Origin: an uncultured delta proteobacterium
Lineage (GTDB): Bacteria > Myxococcota_A > Polyangia > Polyangiales > Polyangiaceae
Reading direction: 5' to 3'
DNA length: 64,000 nt
Assembly: GCA_963696385.1 (NCBI GenBank)
Contig: CAVOKF010000007.1
Span: forward strand, 1,152,001 to 1,216,000
Made by a program: the position numbers and the translations under genes. Position 1 is the stretch's first letter. Every line of letters begins with the position of its first letter. Below, one piece after another: positions 40,214-50,303 of the stretch. The notes beneath the pieces were generated by a model. The model did not search any database. It was given only the letters and a program-made list of their open reading frames with translations, and was not told where the DNA came from.

Positions 40214-43200
40214 GTGAAGCACGCGGCACGGGGCCCACGGGTCGCGCGGGGAAACTCGCTCACCTGGTCGGCCGCGGTGCTCGGTGGGTCCGCCGCCTGC
40301 ACGATTTCACTCCCCGTGGCTTTTCGCCCGCCCTCCGATGTAGGCGATGGTGAGAACACCTCCACCTTGCGGGGAGTGCAGGGCGCCGACATCTCCGCGC
40401 CCACGGGCGGCGAGGGTGCCCGTCTGCTTCCGGTGAGTCTGCAGGAGGCGCGCGCCTGGGGGGCAGAGTCGGACGGAGGAGTTCGCGCCATCGTCTCGGG
40501 CCTGCGCATCGTCGTCGAACCGGACGGCGCCCTCACCGCCGCGTCGGACCGATTGCCCGCGTCGCCCTCCAGCGTCGCGGCCATTCCCGAGCGACTCGGT
40601 GCAGGCTTTCTCTTCGCCATCGGCACACAAGTGTGGCGCTCCGATACCTGGCTCGGTCGGGCGACCCCGATCTTCGCGTCGATTGCGTCGGGTGCGCCGA
40701 TCGGATCGATCCTCGTGGGCCTCGACCGGGCGTATCTACGGTACGCGCCGGGATCGCTCGTGGCGGTCGATCCACGCAACGGCGAATCGCTCGATCTCGG
40801 GCCACTCCCCGCCTCGCCGCACCTCGGCGCCGTCGTCGCCCTCGACGCCTGGCGAGCGCTGGTCGTCGCGGATCTACGTGGCGCGCTCGTGACGATGGAC
40901 GCGGGTGCCTCGTGGCATCCGACCACGCTGCCGATGCCGCCGACCGAGATCGTCGCCATGGACGACGCGTTCGGGGCGTGGGCGCCGGACGAACGCGGCC
41001 ACGCGCAATGGTGGCTTGTCCGCTCGGACGGTCAGAGCGAAGGGCTTCCTTCGCGGCCGCCTCACACCCATTTTCCCCTTTCGCGCCCGGTGCATCCCCA
41101 GGAGAAGTCCGACGCGAGCCCGCGACGGATGGACGATCGAAACGCGATGCGGGCCATCTTGGGCCAGCGTCCCCTTGCCGCGGCCATCGAGGATGGCTGG
41201 CCCCTGAGTGACGGGACGGCGATGGTCGCACGCGGTGGGGCTGTCGCGCGGGTTCGTCTCTCGGACGGGGCGGTGCTCGACACCGTAATGGACGCGTTTC
41301 CGCTCTCCCCGGCACGGTGCCACGGGATTTCTCTGTCGCGTCCCGGCGCCCGCAGCGCCTTCGGTTTTGTCTGCGGCGAGCCACTCGGCCGCACTCGGAT
41401 TTACGGGTGGAATTCGTCATCGGGCACCTTGGTCGAGCTTCGCCGGTTTGACGACGCCCGGCAGGTGACCGCTTGCGGCAACGGGGCTCTCGCGGTGCGA
41501 GGAGGATGCGCCGGCGTGGCCCAGGCGGGGACGCGCGCGGACCAAGCGGCGTGGTGCGTCATGGGTTCGGATCAGCGGTGGCAGGAATTGCGCACTGGCG
41601 CGCTTGACGGCGGCGACAGGGCAGAGCTCGTCGCGCTGTCCGACCAACGCATCATCGTCATCCGGTCTCCCATCGGCGGGGACTTGGCGACCGCGACATT
41701 GACCATCATTCCTGCGGGACCCGGGTCTCCGGAGACCGTTCCGGTCCGGCTGCCGCCGCTGCCCGCCCAGGTGCGAGACGTGCTGAGGTTCGGCACTTGG
41801 ATGGATGGGTTCGAGGAGCGGCGCCCCGGTGTCCTCGGGGGCTGGGTGGACGCGGGCGATGTGGTGATCGGCATCGAGATCGACGGCACCGGCACCGCAC
41901 GCGTCGGCGAGTACCTCCGCGACGCAGGCCCGCCCATCGTCTCGGGACGTTGGGCACTCGGCTGGACGGCGTCACGGCGCGGCTTCGAGTCCGTCGATGG
42001 CGGAATGACGTGGAGCAAAGCGCTCACGCTACCCGATCCCATCGCCGAGCCGGATGCCGAACGTGAGCGTGGATGCGGGCCCATCGGCTGCGTGGCCGCC
42101 GGCTGGATGCGAATCGGCTGGGGGACGCACGACGCACCTCGTCCGCCGGCGCCACCTATGTTTCTCGCCGCACGGTCGGCCCCGATCGCTCCGGCCGATC
42201 TGCGCCTCCGCTGCGAGCCTCTCGCCCCGAGGCCGCCTATCGTCGCGTCGGGCCCATCGCCGTCGGCGCTCCGAGTCACCGCCACGCACCTGGATCCCGC
42301 GCGCTCCCGCACCTCGCAGGCGGCCGGTGTCGACACCTGGGGCTCCGTTGCCGATTTTCCTTCGTTTTCCGGATTGGCCGGCCCGGCTCTCGTCGGCGGC
42401 GACCTCGGGCTCACGGTCGAAGCGTTCGTCGGGACACGCCCGCTCGGCCGGGTGTACGCCTGGGGCCCCGCCACGGGCGATTGGGACTCGTTCGGAGGGT
42501 GGCAGGTGCGTTGGGATTGGGCCTGGGGTGGGTGGCAGGACGCACGATCGTCGGCCGCTGCGCCCTCCCCTTGGCCCACGCTCGATAGCGCGCGGCGCGG
42601 GCTGGGAATCGGCTCCAACATGCCGATTGCATGGACCCTCCTGCCGGGCGACGATCCGGATCACGCACTTCTCGTATCGAAACATGGCCCGGGGTCCTCC
42701 ATCGCTCGGCTCATGGTGCTCGAGAGCCATCGAGCGCCGCTGCCCGTGCAAAGAGACGGCAGCGATTCCTTTCCCGCGGTGGAAGGGGCGTTGCGCACCG
42801 ACGGCCGGTGGTTCGTCGTAACAGCCGAGGATCCGTCGGAGGGATTGGCCGCGGCGCTCTGGACCATCGAAGGGGATCGCGCCCGTGTTTGGCTCCGAAT
42901 ACCGCGATTGGGGTTCGACGCTCGCGCCGACCTCCGACTGGCCTCCCGAACCGATGGGCGCGCGGTCGGCTTGATCGCCGAGGGTCAACCGGACCTCGCC
43001 CGAGCGCCGAGTGCGTGGGTCGTGAGCGTCGACTTGCAAACGGGTCAGATGGCCGAGCCCGAGGCCCTGGCTGCGCTGGGCGCGTCCAAGCACGAGGTCG
43101 AAGTGTGCGCGCCCGACGATCCCGGTTGGGATTTCGACGTGCCGTACCCGGGCGTCATCGAGATCGAGGTCGGCGATCAATGGCGCTCAACCCTTCAGGC

Positions 43201-43414
43201 CGCGCGGGCACGAGTGCGCTCGACGCGGGATCGTGCATGCATCGTTCGGATCGCGGCCTCGGTCGACCCCTACGCGTCGATCACGCCCGAGGCGCTGACG
43301 GGCGGGGCAAGCCCCGGTGCGCCGACCCGGCAAGCGACAGGGCCCCCGCCGGTGCAACTCAGCGTCTTTTCGGCGCGCACGCGCTTTGCTTTGAATTGTG
43401 TGGCACGGCGATAG
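40214..43414 (+). CDS. Large exported hypothetical protein (BNR/beta-propeller-like)
   Basis: Long ORF, probable lipobox SAAC, Asp-box-like TMDAGASW and SVDGGMTW, CGPIGC; start approximate. Confidence 0.7.
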   Translation: MKHAARGPRVARGNSLTWSAAVLGGSAACTISLPVAFRPPSDVGDGENTSTLRGVQGADISAPTGGEGARLLPVSLQEARAWGAESDGGVRAIVSGLRIVVEPDGALTAASDRLPASPSSVAAIPERLGAGFLFAIGTQVWRSDTWLGRATPIFASIASGAPIGSILVGLDRAYLRYAPGSLVAVDPRNGESLDLGPLPASPHLGAVVALDAWRALVVADLRGALVTMDAGASWHPTTLPMPPTEIVAMDDAFGAWAPDERGHAQWWLVRSDGQSEGLPSRPPHTHFPLSRPVHPQEKSDASPRRMDDRNAMRAILGQRPLAAAIEDGWPLSDGTAMVARGGAVARVRLSDGAVLDTVMDAFPLSPARCHGISLSRPGARSAFGFVCGEPLGRTRIYGWNSSSGTLVELRRFDDARQVTACGNGALAVRGGCAGVAQAGTRADQAAWCVMGSDQRWQELRTGALDGGDRAELVALSDQRIIVIRSPIGGDLATATLTIIPAGPGSPETVPVRLPPLPAQVRDVLRFGTWMDGFEERRPGVLGGWVDAGDVVIGIEIDGTGTARVGEYLRDAGPPIVSGRWALGWTASRRGFESVDGGMTWSKALTLPDPIAEPDAERERGCGPIGCVAAGWMRIGWGTHDAPRPPAPPMFLAARSAPIAPADLRLRCEPLAPRPPIVASGPSPSALRVTATHLDPARSRTSQAAGVDTWGSVADFPSFSGLAGPALVGGDLGLTVEAFVGTRPLGRVYAWGPATGDWDSFGGWQVRWDWAWGGWQDARSSAAAPSPWPTLDSARRGLGIGSNMPIAWTLLPGDDPDHALLVSKHGPGSSIARLMVLESHRAPLPVQRDGSDSFPAVEGALRTDGRWFVVTAEDPSEGLAAALWTIEGDRARVWLRIPRLGFDARADLRLASRTDGRAVGLIAEGQPDLARAPSAWVVSVDLQTGQMAEPEALAALGASKHEVEVCAPDDPGWDFDVPYPGVIEIEVGDQWRSTLQAARARVRSTRDRACIVRIAASVDPYASITPEALTGGASPGAPTRQATGPPPVQLSVFSARTRFALNCVARR

Positions 43415-43552
43415 CTCGTCCGCTCCTCCGCCGCCCCCCCGCACCCGAGGCGACTCGTCGCCCGCACTCGCGATCGTGCACCCGAGCGGCCAGGTCTTTC
43501 AAAGTTGCACGGCCGCCAGCCGCTTTCCTCGTGTTTTCCGCGAAAAAGTCGG

Positions 43553-43567
43553 TGGCACGACCACTGC
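43553..43567 (+). promoter_or_regulatory. sigma54 -24/-12 promoter
   Basis: TGGCACG-ACCA-CTGC; one mismatch to TGGCACG-N4-TTGC. Confidence 0.65.
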
Positions 43568-43577
43568 ACTCAACCCG

Positions 43578-43634
43578 AGTGCCCGTGTGGAGTGAGGCTG
43601 CCCCCCCGGCCCCTCTGCGCGGGCACTTTTTTTT
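43578..43634 (+). ncRNA. Candidate ~57-nt hairpin sRNA with C6 loop and T8 terminator tail
   Basis: 15-bp stem 43578-43592/43613-43627 with 3 G:U pairs, inner 5-bp stem 43596-43600/43607-43611, loop CCCCCC, T8 at 43627-43634; starts ~11-12 nt after the -12 GC. Confidence 0.55.
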
Positions 43635-43637
43635 GGT

Positions 43638-43994
43638 TCATCGAGCGGGCGACCCATCGGCCCCGATGATTTCGACGCCCGGGCCCGGATCCCACACGAC
43701 GACGTCGTCCCCTTCGACGAGGGCGGTCAATCGACGCTGATCGCCACATAGACCGCGCGGCCACAAGAGGCGCCCGGTGACCAAGTCGAACGCATAGGCG
43801 TGCATCGGACACAGGACGCAGGCTCCGCGTCGTTCGCCTTCGCTCAGACTCGCGCCCGCGTGATTGCAGGCGTCCTCGATGGCGTGGGGCGTATCGTCGA
43901 CGAGCGCGACGAGCGCGTGAAAGGGTGGATATTCGAGCCGCACCATGGCGCCGTTCGCGAGACGCGCCCGCGGCACGCGCCCGATCCATTTCAT
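43638..43994 (-). CDS. Rieske [2Fe-2S] ferredoxin
   Basis: CNHAG..LSEG..CPMH..FDLVTG. Confidence 0.9.
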   Translation of the reverse strand: MKWIGRVPRARLANGAMVRLEYPPFHALVALVDDTPHAIEDACNHAGASLSEGERRGACVLCPMHAYAFDLVTGRLLWPRGLCGDQRRLTALVEGDDVVVWDPGPGVEIIGADGSPAR

Positions 43995-43998
43995 GGGG

Positions 43999-44553
43999 TC
44001 ACCGCCCCACCGCGAGCGCTGCGTACACGACCGAGTCGTCGACTTGCCCCCCGGCTACGGCGAGCGTTTCGACCCGCGATCCATGGGCCCGTTCGCCCCG
44101 TGCAATCATGCAGGCGTGGCTCAACGCGATTCGGCACGCGGACCAGCGAGGCGACAAGTGCTTTTGAAGCGCGGCCACGACGCGTTCGCCGACCTGCTCC
44201 TGAAGCGACAGCCTTCGCGAGTAGGCTTCGACGAGGCGTCCGACCGTGCCCAGCCCGACCAGATGCTCGTCGGGAGCGAATGCGACGCACGCGGTGCCGG
44301 TGGCAGGCATGAGATGATGCGGGCAGGTCGTCGTGATCGGCAGATCACGGACGACGACCAGTTCAGAGCGCCCCGGGAAGACGCTGGCCGCTAGAAGGGC
44401 GTCGGTATCCACCGCATATCCCGTGAGAAGCTCGTCCGCAAACGCCGCCGCGACCCGATCGGATGTCCCGACCAGGTGAGGGTCGTGGGCCGGATCGCGT
44501 CCGAGTGCGCACAAGAATGCGTGAATCGCCCGAGCCGCCGCGTCACGGTCCAT
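43999..44553 (-). CDS. folE: GTP cyclohydrolase I (divergent)
   Basis: ELLTGY, TCPHHLMP, RRLSLQE, HACMIARG. Confidence 0.85.
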   Translation of the reverse strand: MDRDAAARAIHAFLCALGRDPAHDPHLVGTSDRVAAAFADELLTGYAVDTDALLAASVFPGRSELVVVRDLPITTTCPHHLMPATGTACVAFAPDEHLVGLGTVGRLVEAYSRRLSLQEQVGERVVAALQKHLSPRWSACRIALSHACMIARGERAHGSRVETLAVAGGQVDDSVVYAALAVGR

Positions 44554-44647
44554 CGAAGGCAGCTTAGTACACCACCCCGGAGCAAGGGATCCGCCCGGGC
44601 GGTGGACTTGCCCGATCCGCCACTCGCCGCCCTGGTGCGCCGACGCC

Positions 44648-45088
44648 TCAGTTGAGGTGCCGCTGGCGCACGGTCGCCTCAATCGGCCTTCGCCCCGCGA
44701 AGCCTTCGTCGAAGCCGTGGAAATGGGTCACGGCATCCTCCCCATACTTCCAGCACAACCAGACGAACCGACCGTCGACCTGTCCATAGAAATCGACGAG
44801 TCCACGTCGAGGGTCTTTGAGGACGACGCCCAGCTCCTCGACTTCACGCCATGCGGCGCGGTAGCTCTCGACCCGCTCGATCAGGTCCCGCTTCAGCTCG
44901 CGGACCGGTAACGGATCGGAGTCTTCGATCCGAACGGAGTCCGGCGCGGCGCCGATGCGCTGCGCGAGCCGTTCGAGTCCGCGCTCGATCTCGGACCGCC
45001 GATCCATTTGGGCTCCCACGAGCGCCTTGAGTCGCGGCAAAAGGGCGTTGGCCTCTTCAATCGTGAAGACGGGCGGGGAGTCGGGCAT
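44648..45088 (-). CDS. DUF2203 family protein
   Basis: FTIEEANALLP, GVVLKD..GLVDF, LCWKYGE..HFH..GFAGRRPI. Confidence 0.9.
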   Translation of the reverse strand: MPDSPPVFTIEEANALLPRLKALVGAQMDRRSEIERGLERLAQRIGAAPDSVRIEDSDPLPVRELKRDLIERVESYRAAWREVEELGVVLKDPRRGLVDFYGQVDGRFVWLCWKYGEDAVTHFHGFDEGFAGRRPIEATVRQRHLN

Positions 45089-45153
45089 GACGGCGCCATG
45101 ATGGGACCTCGTGACTGGACCGTCAACGGGTGGCGCGCGGGGGCGATGCCAAA

Positions 45154-46011
45154 TCAGCCAGGAAGAAAACTTACGAAGATGCGGGTCATGAAATAGTCGG
45201 AGACCAAGATCGCGATGGATACGACCACGACGGTCCTCGTCGTGCTTTGTCCGACGCCTTCGGTCCCCCCCTGGGTCGTCAAACCGAAGTGACAACCCAC
45301 GATCGCGATGATGAATCCGAACACCGGTGTCTTGGCCAAGCCGGAGAAAAAATCGATCAAGTAGACGCTCTCGAGCGCGGTCTGCAGGAACAGTCGGGGG
45401 CGGATTCCGTACTCCACGTCGCCGACGAAGATGGCTCCGAGCGTTCCGAGGGTGTCGGCAAAAACGCTCAAAAATGGCATCACGATCATCGCCGCGAGAA
45501 TCCGGGGCAGCACGAGCTTCTTTGCAGGGTCGCCGCCCAGCGCTCGAATGGCATCGACTTGCTCGGTGACGTTCATGGCGCCGACCTCGGCCGCCATCCC
45601 ACTACCGATGCGCCCGCCGACGATCACTGCGGTCAGCGTCGGTCCGAGCTCGCGCAGAAATGCGAGCATGATGACCCGCGGGATGTAGTCGATTCCGCCG
45701 AAGCGTTGCAGCCCGTAAGCGAATTGGATGGTCATGACCATGCCGATGAAGATCGACGTCACGGCGACGATGCCGACCGATCGGACGCCGAGCGACTCGA
45801 TTTGGTACACGGTCGACCGAATCTCCAAGGGCCGGCGAAACAGGGCTCGAGCGGCCCCCCTCGTCAGCATGCCGATCTGGCCCATGCGCGACACGAAACT
45901 GATGATGCGCGACTGCCAGATTTCGATGAGCGCCGGCGGTGGCGGAGGCGGCGGGATCTTGGAAACGTGACCGGAGGCCGGGGGAATCGAAGGCGGAGCG
46001 TCGGTGGTCAC
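45154..46011 (-). CDS. mlaE: MlaE-family ABC transporter permease
   Basis: RELGPTLTA, GRIGSGMAAEVGAMNVTEQVDA, LVLPR, GGTEGVG..TT. Confidence 0.93.
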   Translation of the reverse strand: MTTDAPPSIPPASGHVSKIPPPPPPPALIEIWQSRIISFVSRMGQIGMLTRGAARALFRRPLEIRSTVYQIESLGVRSVGIVAVTSIFIGMVMTIQFAYGLQRFGGIDYIPRVIMLAFLRELGPTLTAVIVGGRIGSGMAAEVGAMNVTEQVDAIRALGGDPAKKLVLPRILAAMIVMPFLSVFADTLGTLGAIFVGDVEYGIRPRLFLQTALESVYLIDFFSGLAKTPVFGFIIAIVGCHFGLTTQGGTEGVGQSTTRTVVVVSIAILVSDYFMTRIFVSFLPG

Positions 46012-46553
46012 GGATCCCCCGACGGCGGCACGTCGGCACCCTTGGCGGCGGACGACGACGCGGGCAAGGTATGCAGCCCGTTGACGAATCGTTCGAAATC
46101 CGCCTCTCCGGCCGGAAAAAACGCCGGGGGCGCGACGTAGACGACGTCGTAAACGCAGGTGTCCTTCTTCATGACGTAGATGTCGTACTGCATCGGGACG
46201 CCATCGAGTTTGGCGCGGAGCACGGTGCGCATGGCCTCGCGGCCGTCGAACGGCACGACTCTCTGACTTCCAAAGTCACGCTCGGTCGTGCCCATGATGA
46301 GGTTCTCAGTCAGTATGGAGAGCGGCGCGTCGTCGCGGCGTTCGCCACAGTGAACGTCGAAGAGGGTCGAACCGGCTCGCGCATCGTCGCGGAACGCAAG
46401 ATCGGCCCCTTCGACCGAAACGCGCGTCCACTCCCGAGGCACCGGGCCGACTCCCACACGCAGATCGCCCTTTCGAAGCACCCCATCTCGAAATGTGTCG
46501 GCGTGCGCGCAGCCGGCGAGCAGGGCCAAAACGATGGGCAGAAACCGGCGCAT
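46008..46553 (-). CDS. Hypothetical lipoprotein
   Basis: MRRFLPIVLALLAGC lipobox; DAPL..L, DGREA, KDTCVYD; stop overlaps mlaE start. Confidence 0.75.
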   Translation of the reverse strand: MRRFLPIVLALLAGCAHADTFRDGVLRKGDLRVGVGPVPREWTRVSVEGADLAFRDDARAGSTLFDVHCGERRDDAPLSILTENLIMGTTERDFGSQRVVPFDGREAMRTVLRAKLDGVPMQYDIYVMKKDTCVYDVVYVAPPAFFPAGEADFERFVNGLHTLPASSSAAKGADVPPSGDP

Positions 46554-46621
46554 TCGCCCCGGATGGATATCACGCACGTGTCAAATCGCCCTGGTTCGGC
46601 TATGCACCGGCGCTGCCGACC

Positions 46622-48154
46622 ATGCCGCCAAGCGCCGTCCGCTTGTATAACACCATGACTCAGCGGCTCGAGCCGCTCACGCCGATCGAGCCGGGGCATG
46701 TGCGTCTGTACCTTTGCGGACCCACGACGTACGACCACGCTCACGCGGGACACGCGCGCACGTTCGTGGCCTTCGATGTCCTGGTCCGCTTTCTTCGCGC
46801 GCGCGGGTACCGGGTCACGTTCGTTCGCAACGTCACCGACGTCGACGACAAGATCCTCCAGCGGGCGCGCGAGAAGGGCGAACCCCCGCTCGAGTTCTCG
46901 CGGCGAATGGGTGAGATCAACGCCGACGAGCTGCGCTCCTGCGGGTGCTTGCAGCCCGACTTCGAGCCGCGCGTCAGCGAGAACATCGGCGTCATCATCC
47001 AGCTCATCGAAGACCTGGTGGCGAAAGGCGCCGCTTATGCCGCACCGACCGACGTGCGCCGGGACGTCTACTTCGCCGTCCGCGCGTTTCCTGGTTACGG
47101 CAAGCTGTCTCATCGCGTCATCGACGACCTGGTGTCCGGAGCGCGGGTCGAGCCCGGCGAGGCCAAGCGCGATCCGCTCGATTTCGCGCTATGGAAGGCG
47201 AGCGCTGGCGACGAATGGGGCTGGGACAGCCCGTGGGGCCGCGGACGTCCCGGCTGGCACATCGAATGCTCGGCCATGGCCGCTCAGATCCTGTCGCCTC
47301 ATTTCGACGTGCACTGCGGTGGAATGGACCTCATCTTCCCTCACCACGAAAACGAGATCGCCCAGAGCGAAGCCGCCTGGGGCGCGCCGTTTGCACGACT
47401 GTGGGTTCATTCGGGCTTCCTCAACGTCGACGCCGAGAAGATGAGCAAGTCCCTCGGAAACTTCGTGACCATCGCGCAGATCCTCGAACGCAACGACGCC
47501 GAGGCGCTGCGGTACTTCGTGCTCGGATCGCATTACCGCGGTCCGCTGAACTTCGATGTGGACAAGCGCGCCGATGGGCGCGTCGTCTTCCCCTTGCTCG
47601 ACGAGGCCGAGCGTCGAGTCGAGTATCTGTACTCGACTCGAGAGTCGCTGCGTGGGGCCGCATCGGCCGCTCAGCCGTCCGCAGTGGGAGACGATCCGCT
47701 CGCGCGCACCGTGCGCGAAGCCTCGGATCGCGTCATCGACTCGCTCGACAACGACTTGAACACGTCGGTCGCGCTCAGCGTGATCGGAGAGGTCGCGCGC
47801 ATCGGCAATGAGACCGCGCATCAGCTCGCCAAGCCGCGCAAAGGGTCCCCGCCGCGCCCGTTCCTCGAGAGCCTCGCCGCTGCTACGGTCGAGGCCCTCG
47901 ACGCGTGCTGCCGGCCGCTTGGACTGATGCAAGCGGCGCCAACGGAGTTCTTCGCCCGCACGCGGGAGCGGCGACTGAGGGTGCGCGGCCTCGATGCGGG
48001 ATGGATCGAGGCCAAGGTCGACGAACGGGCAACCGCTCGCGCCGCAAAGGACTTCGGGTGCTCCGACCGCATACGCGACGAGCTCGCTCGGGCGGGCGTG
48101 GAGCTTCAAGATGAGCTTGGCGGCGGGGGGACGACGTGGCGTGTCGTCATCTAA
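46622..48154 (+). CDS. cysS: Cysteine--tRNA ligase
   Basis: LYNT, CGPTTY..HAGH, DFALWK, GRPGWHIECS, FPHHENE, KMSKSLGN. Confidence 0.97.
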   Translation: MPPSAVRLYNTMTQRLEPLTPIEPGHVRLYLCGPTTYDHAHAGHARTFVAFDVLVRFLRARGYRVTFVRNVTDVDDKILQRAREKGEPPLEFSRRMGEINADELRSCGCLQPDFEPRVSENIGVIIQLIEDLVAKGAAYAAPTDVRRDVYFAVRAFPGYGKLSHRVIDDLVSGARVEPGEAKRDPLDFALWKASAGDEWGWDSPWGRGRPGWHIECSAMAAQILSPHFDVHCGGMDLIFPHHENEIAQSEAAWGAPFARLWVHSGFLNVDAEKMSKSLGNFVTIAQILERNDAEALRYFVLGSHYRGPLNFDVDKRADGRVVFPLLDEAERRVEYLYSTRESLRGAASAAQPSAVGDDPLARTVREASDRVIDSLDNDLNTSVALSVIGEVARIGNETAHQLAKPRKGSPPRPFLESLAAATVEALDACCRPLGLMQAAPTEFFARTRERRLRVRGLDAGWIEAKVDERATARAAKDFGCSDRIRDELARAGVELQDELGGGGTTWRVVI

Positions 48155-48206
48155 GTTTTGCAGGAGATTGGTAGTGCCGTCGGGTCCGAGGGCGATCGCG
48201 CAACCC

Positions 48207-48788
48207 ATGCGCCCATGGCTCCGCTCATCGCCGGCACTCATCCTGTGGGCCTGCCATCCCGGCGTTCCGTCCGAAAGCGGCAACGTGGCGGGGACTTGCC
48301 CCAACGCCTGGCTCGACCCACCGGCCGTAGAGCCGTCGATTGCCGTGCCGAGTGGCAACGGCCGCGTGGTCCTGCACGCGACGGCGAAGGGGTCGCAGAA
48401 CTACGCTTGCACTCCAGTCGCGGTCGACGGTGCCATGACCTATACCTGGTCCTTGCTCGGCCCTGAGGCCACGCTGAGCGATTGCCACTCCGAGGCGCTC
48501 GGCCACCACTTCGCGAGCGATGCGGGCACCCCCGAATGGCAGTGGCTCGACGGGGCAACCGTTCGGGCGCGAAAAATCGCGGCTTCGACCCCGGACAGCG
48601 GCTCCGTGCCGTGGCTCCTGTTGCGCGTCGACGGCCGCGGCGCAGGTGCGCCCTTCACAGACGCTCGCTACGTCCAACGGGTGCGCACGAGTGGGGGCCT
48701 CGCGCCGGCCGGGGGCTGCGACGCGAGCCATGCGGGAACGGTGCGGAAGGTTGCCTACTCGGCGGATTACTTCTTTTACGGGCCCTAG
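48207..48788 (+). CDS. DUF3455 family exported protein
   Basis: GSQNYAC, GPEATL, GHHF, PEWQ..DG, VPWLLL, YVQRVRTSGG, YSADYFFY. Confidence 0.85.
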   Translation: MRPWLRSSPALILWACHPGVPSESGNVAGTCPNAWLDPPAVEPSIAVPSGNGRVVLHATAKGSQNYACTPVAVDGAMTYTWSLLGPEATLSDCHSEALGHHFASDAGTPEWQWLDGATVRARKIAASTPDSGSVPWLLLRVDGRGAGAPFTDARYVQRVRTSGGLAPAGGCDASHAGTVRKVAYSADYFFYGP

Positions 48789-50303
48789 TTCGTCGCCCAG
48801 GTTCCGGCACCGACGTCGAGCTTCCAGCTGACCTGGTAGGTCGGCATGGACATCAGCGTCCCGGTGAAAACCAGGGGCTGAAACACATAGGTGGTCAGAT
48901 AGTTGTGCTGGCCCGGATCGCCAGTGTTTTGGCCTTGCCAGTGATCGCCCCAGTACATGTAGACCGTTCCCTCGCTGCCTGCGATCGGCATGACCCATGT
49001 GGACTGGGTCATCCAGGTCAACTTGCCGGCGGGAGCGACATCTCCCTGGTAGGTCCAGGGACCGGTCATGGCCGGAGCCGTGGAATAGAAGTCGTCGTTG
49101 GCCTGCCACCCCGTCTTGGCGGATCCGATCCAGTAGTACGTGTTGCCGGCTCGGAACACGGTGGGGGCCTCGCTGCCGCCGGTCGTTCCGTTGACCGCGG
49201 GATATTGTTTGGCCGATAGCCAGCTGTGGCAGTCGCTGGCGAGGGTATAGACCCAGCCACTTTCGGTCACGACATAGGCATCATTGCCGTCCGTGAGGGC
49301 GCTCATGTCGCTGTGAGCGGCGATCGCCCCGCTCGCGTTCAGCAGGGACCCCTTGAACGAGTAGGTGCCGTTCACCGTCGGGGAGGTCGCGTAGACGACC
49401 TCCTTGTCGACCTCGTACGTCATGTCGGCGGAGTGCGCGTAGAGAACGAACTCCCCCGTACTCGGACACTGGATGATGTGGGGCCTCTCCCCTTTTCGAT
49501 TGGGCCCGAGCTGACCGCTCGGCTGCTGGGGCAGGATGATTCCCTCGTACTTCCAAGTCGCCAGGTCCGCGGACGAGTACATCGAGAAGCCGTTGAAGTC
49601 GTTGTTGGTCGCCGATTCCAGAAAATACTCGCCGTGCAAGTAATAGGTGTCACACACTTTGATGATGCCGCCGCCATGGGCGTCGACCAGGTTCCCGTCG
49701 GTGTCCTTGAAGGTGATGCCCGGCGGATTGGGTGGCGCGATGTCGGTCGTCGTGACGGGATCGGTGAAAACCCCAATCTCCGATCCGGGGGCGACCGTGC
49801 AGCTTCCCCCATCGCCACCGGTGCCGCCGGACGACCCGGTATCCCCCGCCGCGCCTGCTGCGTCGCCGGCGCTCCCCGCTTCGCCTGCGGCTGCCGCGTC
49901 GCCGCCGTCGCCACCGGGACCCGCGTCGATCGCGACGCTTCCCCCCGATGCGCCGCTGTCCTCTCCGGCGCCGCCTCCCGCTTCGACTCCGCCACCTCCC
50001 GCTTCGACTCCGCCGCCTCCCGCTTCGACTCCGCCGCCGCTCGACGCTCCGCTGGAGCCCCCGGCGCCACCGGCGGTGCTTGCGCTGCTGCCCGAGCCGA
50101 AGCTCCCATTCACGGAGGAGGAGGCTCCACTGGACGTCGTCGATGCCGCGGAAGTTCCGCTTGATGGGCCGGCCTGTTCCGAGCTGGCACCGCCGTCGTC
50201 CGCTGGAGCGAAGCCAGGCTGCGCGGTGTTGTTACCGCACGCAACGAACGCACCATAAGACATTGAAAATACACATAGAAGAGCGATTCTTTTGTCGGTT
50301 CAT
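48785..50303 (-). CDS. GH43 glycoside hydrolase lipoprotein (galactanase-like); signal peptide apparently frameshifted near 50300
   Basis: DAHGGGI, YYLHGE, YSSADLATW, ERP, EAP, W..Q; intact frame from 50263, upstream in-frame TDKRIALLCVFS, ATG at 50303 one base out of frame. Confidence 0.85.
49971..50038. repeat. 21-bp tandem repeat x3 encoding GGGVEAG linker
   Basis: CC(G/A)CCTCCCGCTTCGACTCCG units. Confidence 0.85.
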
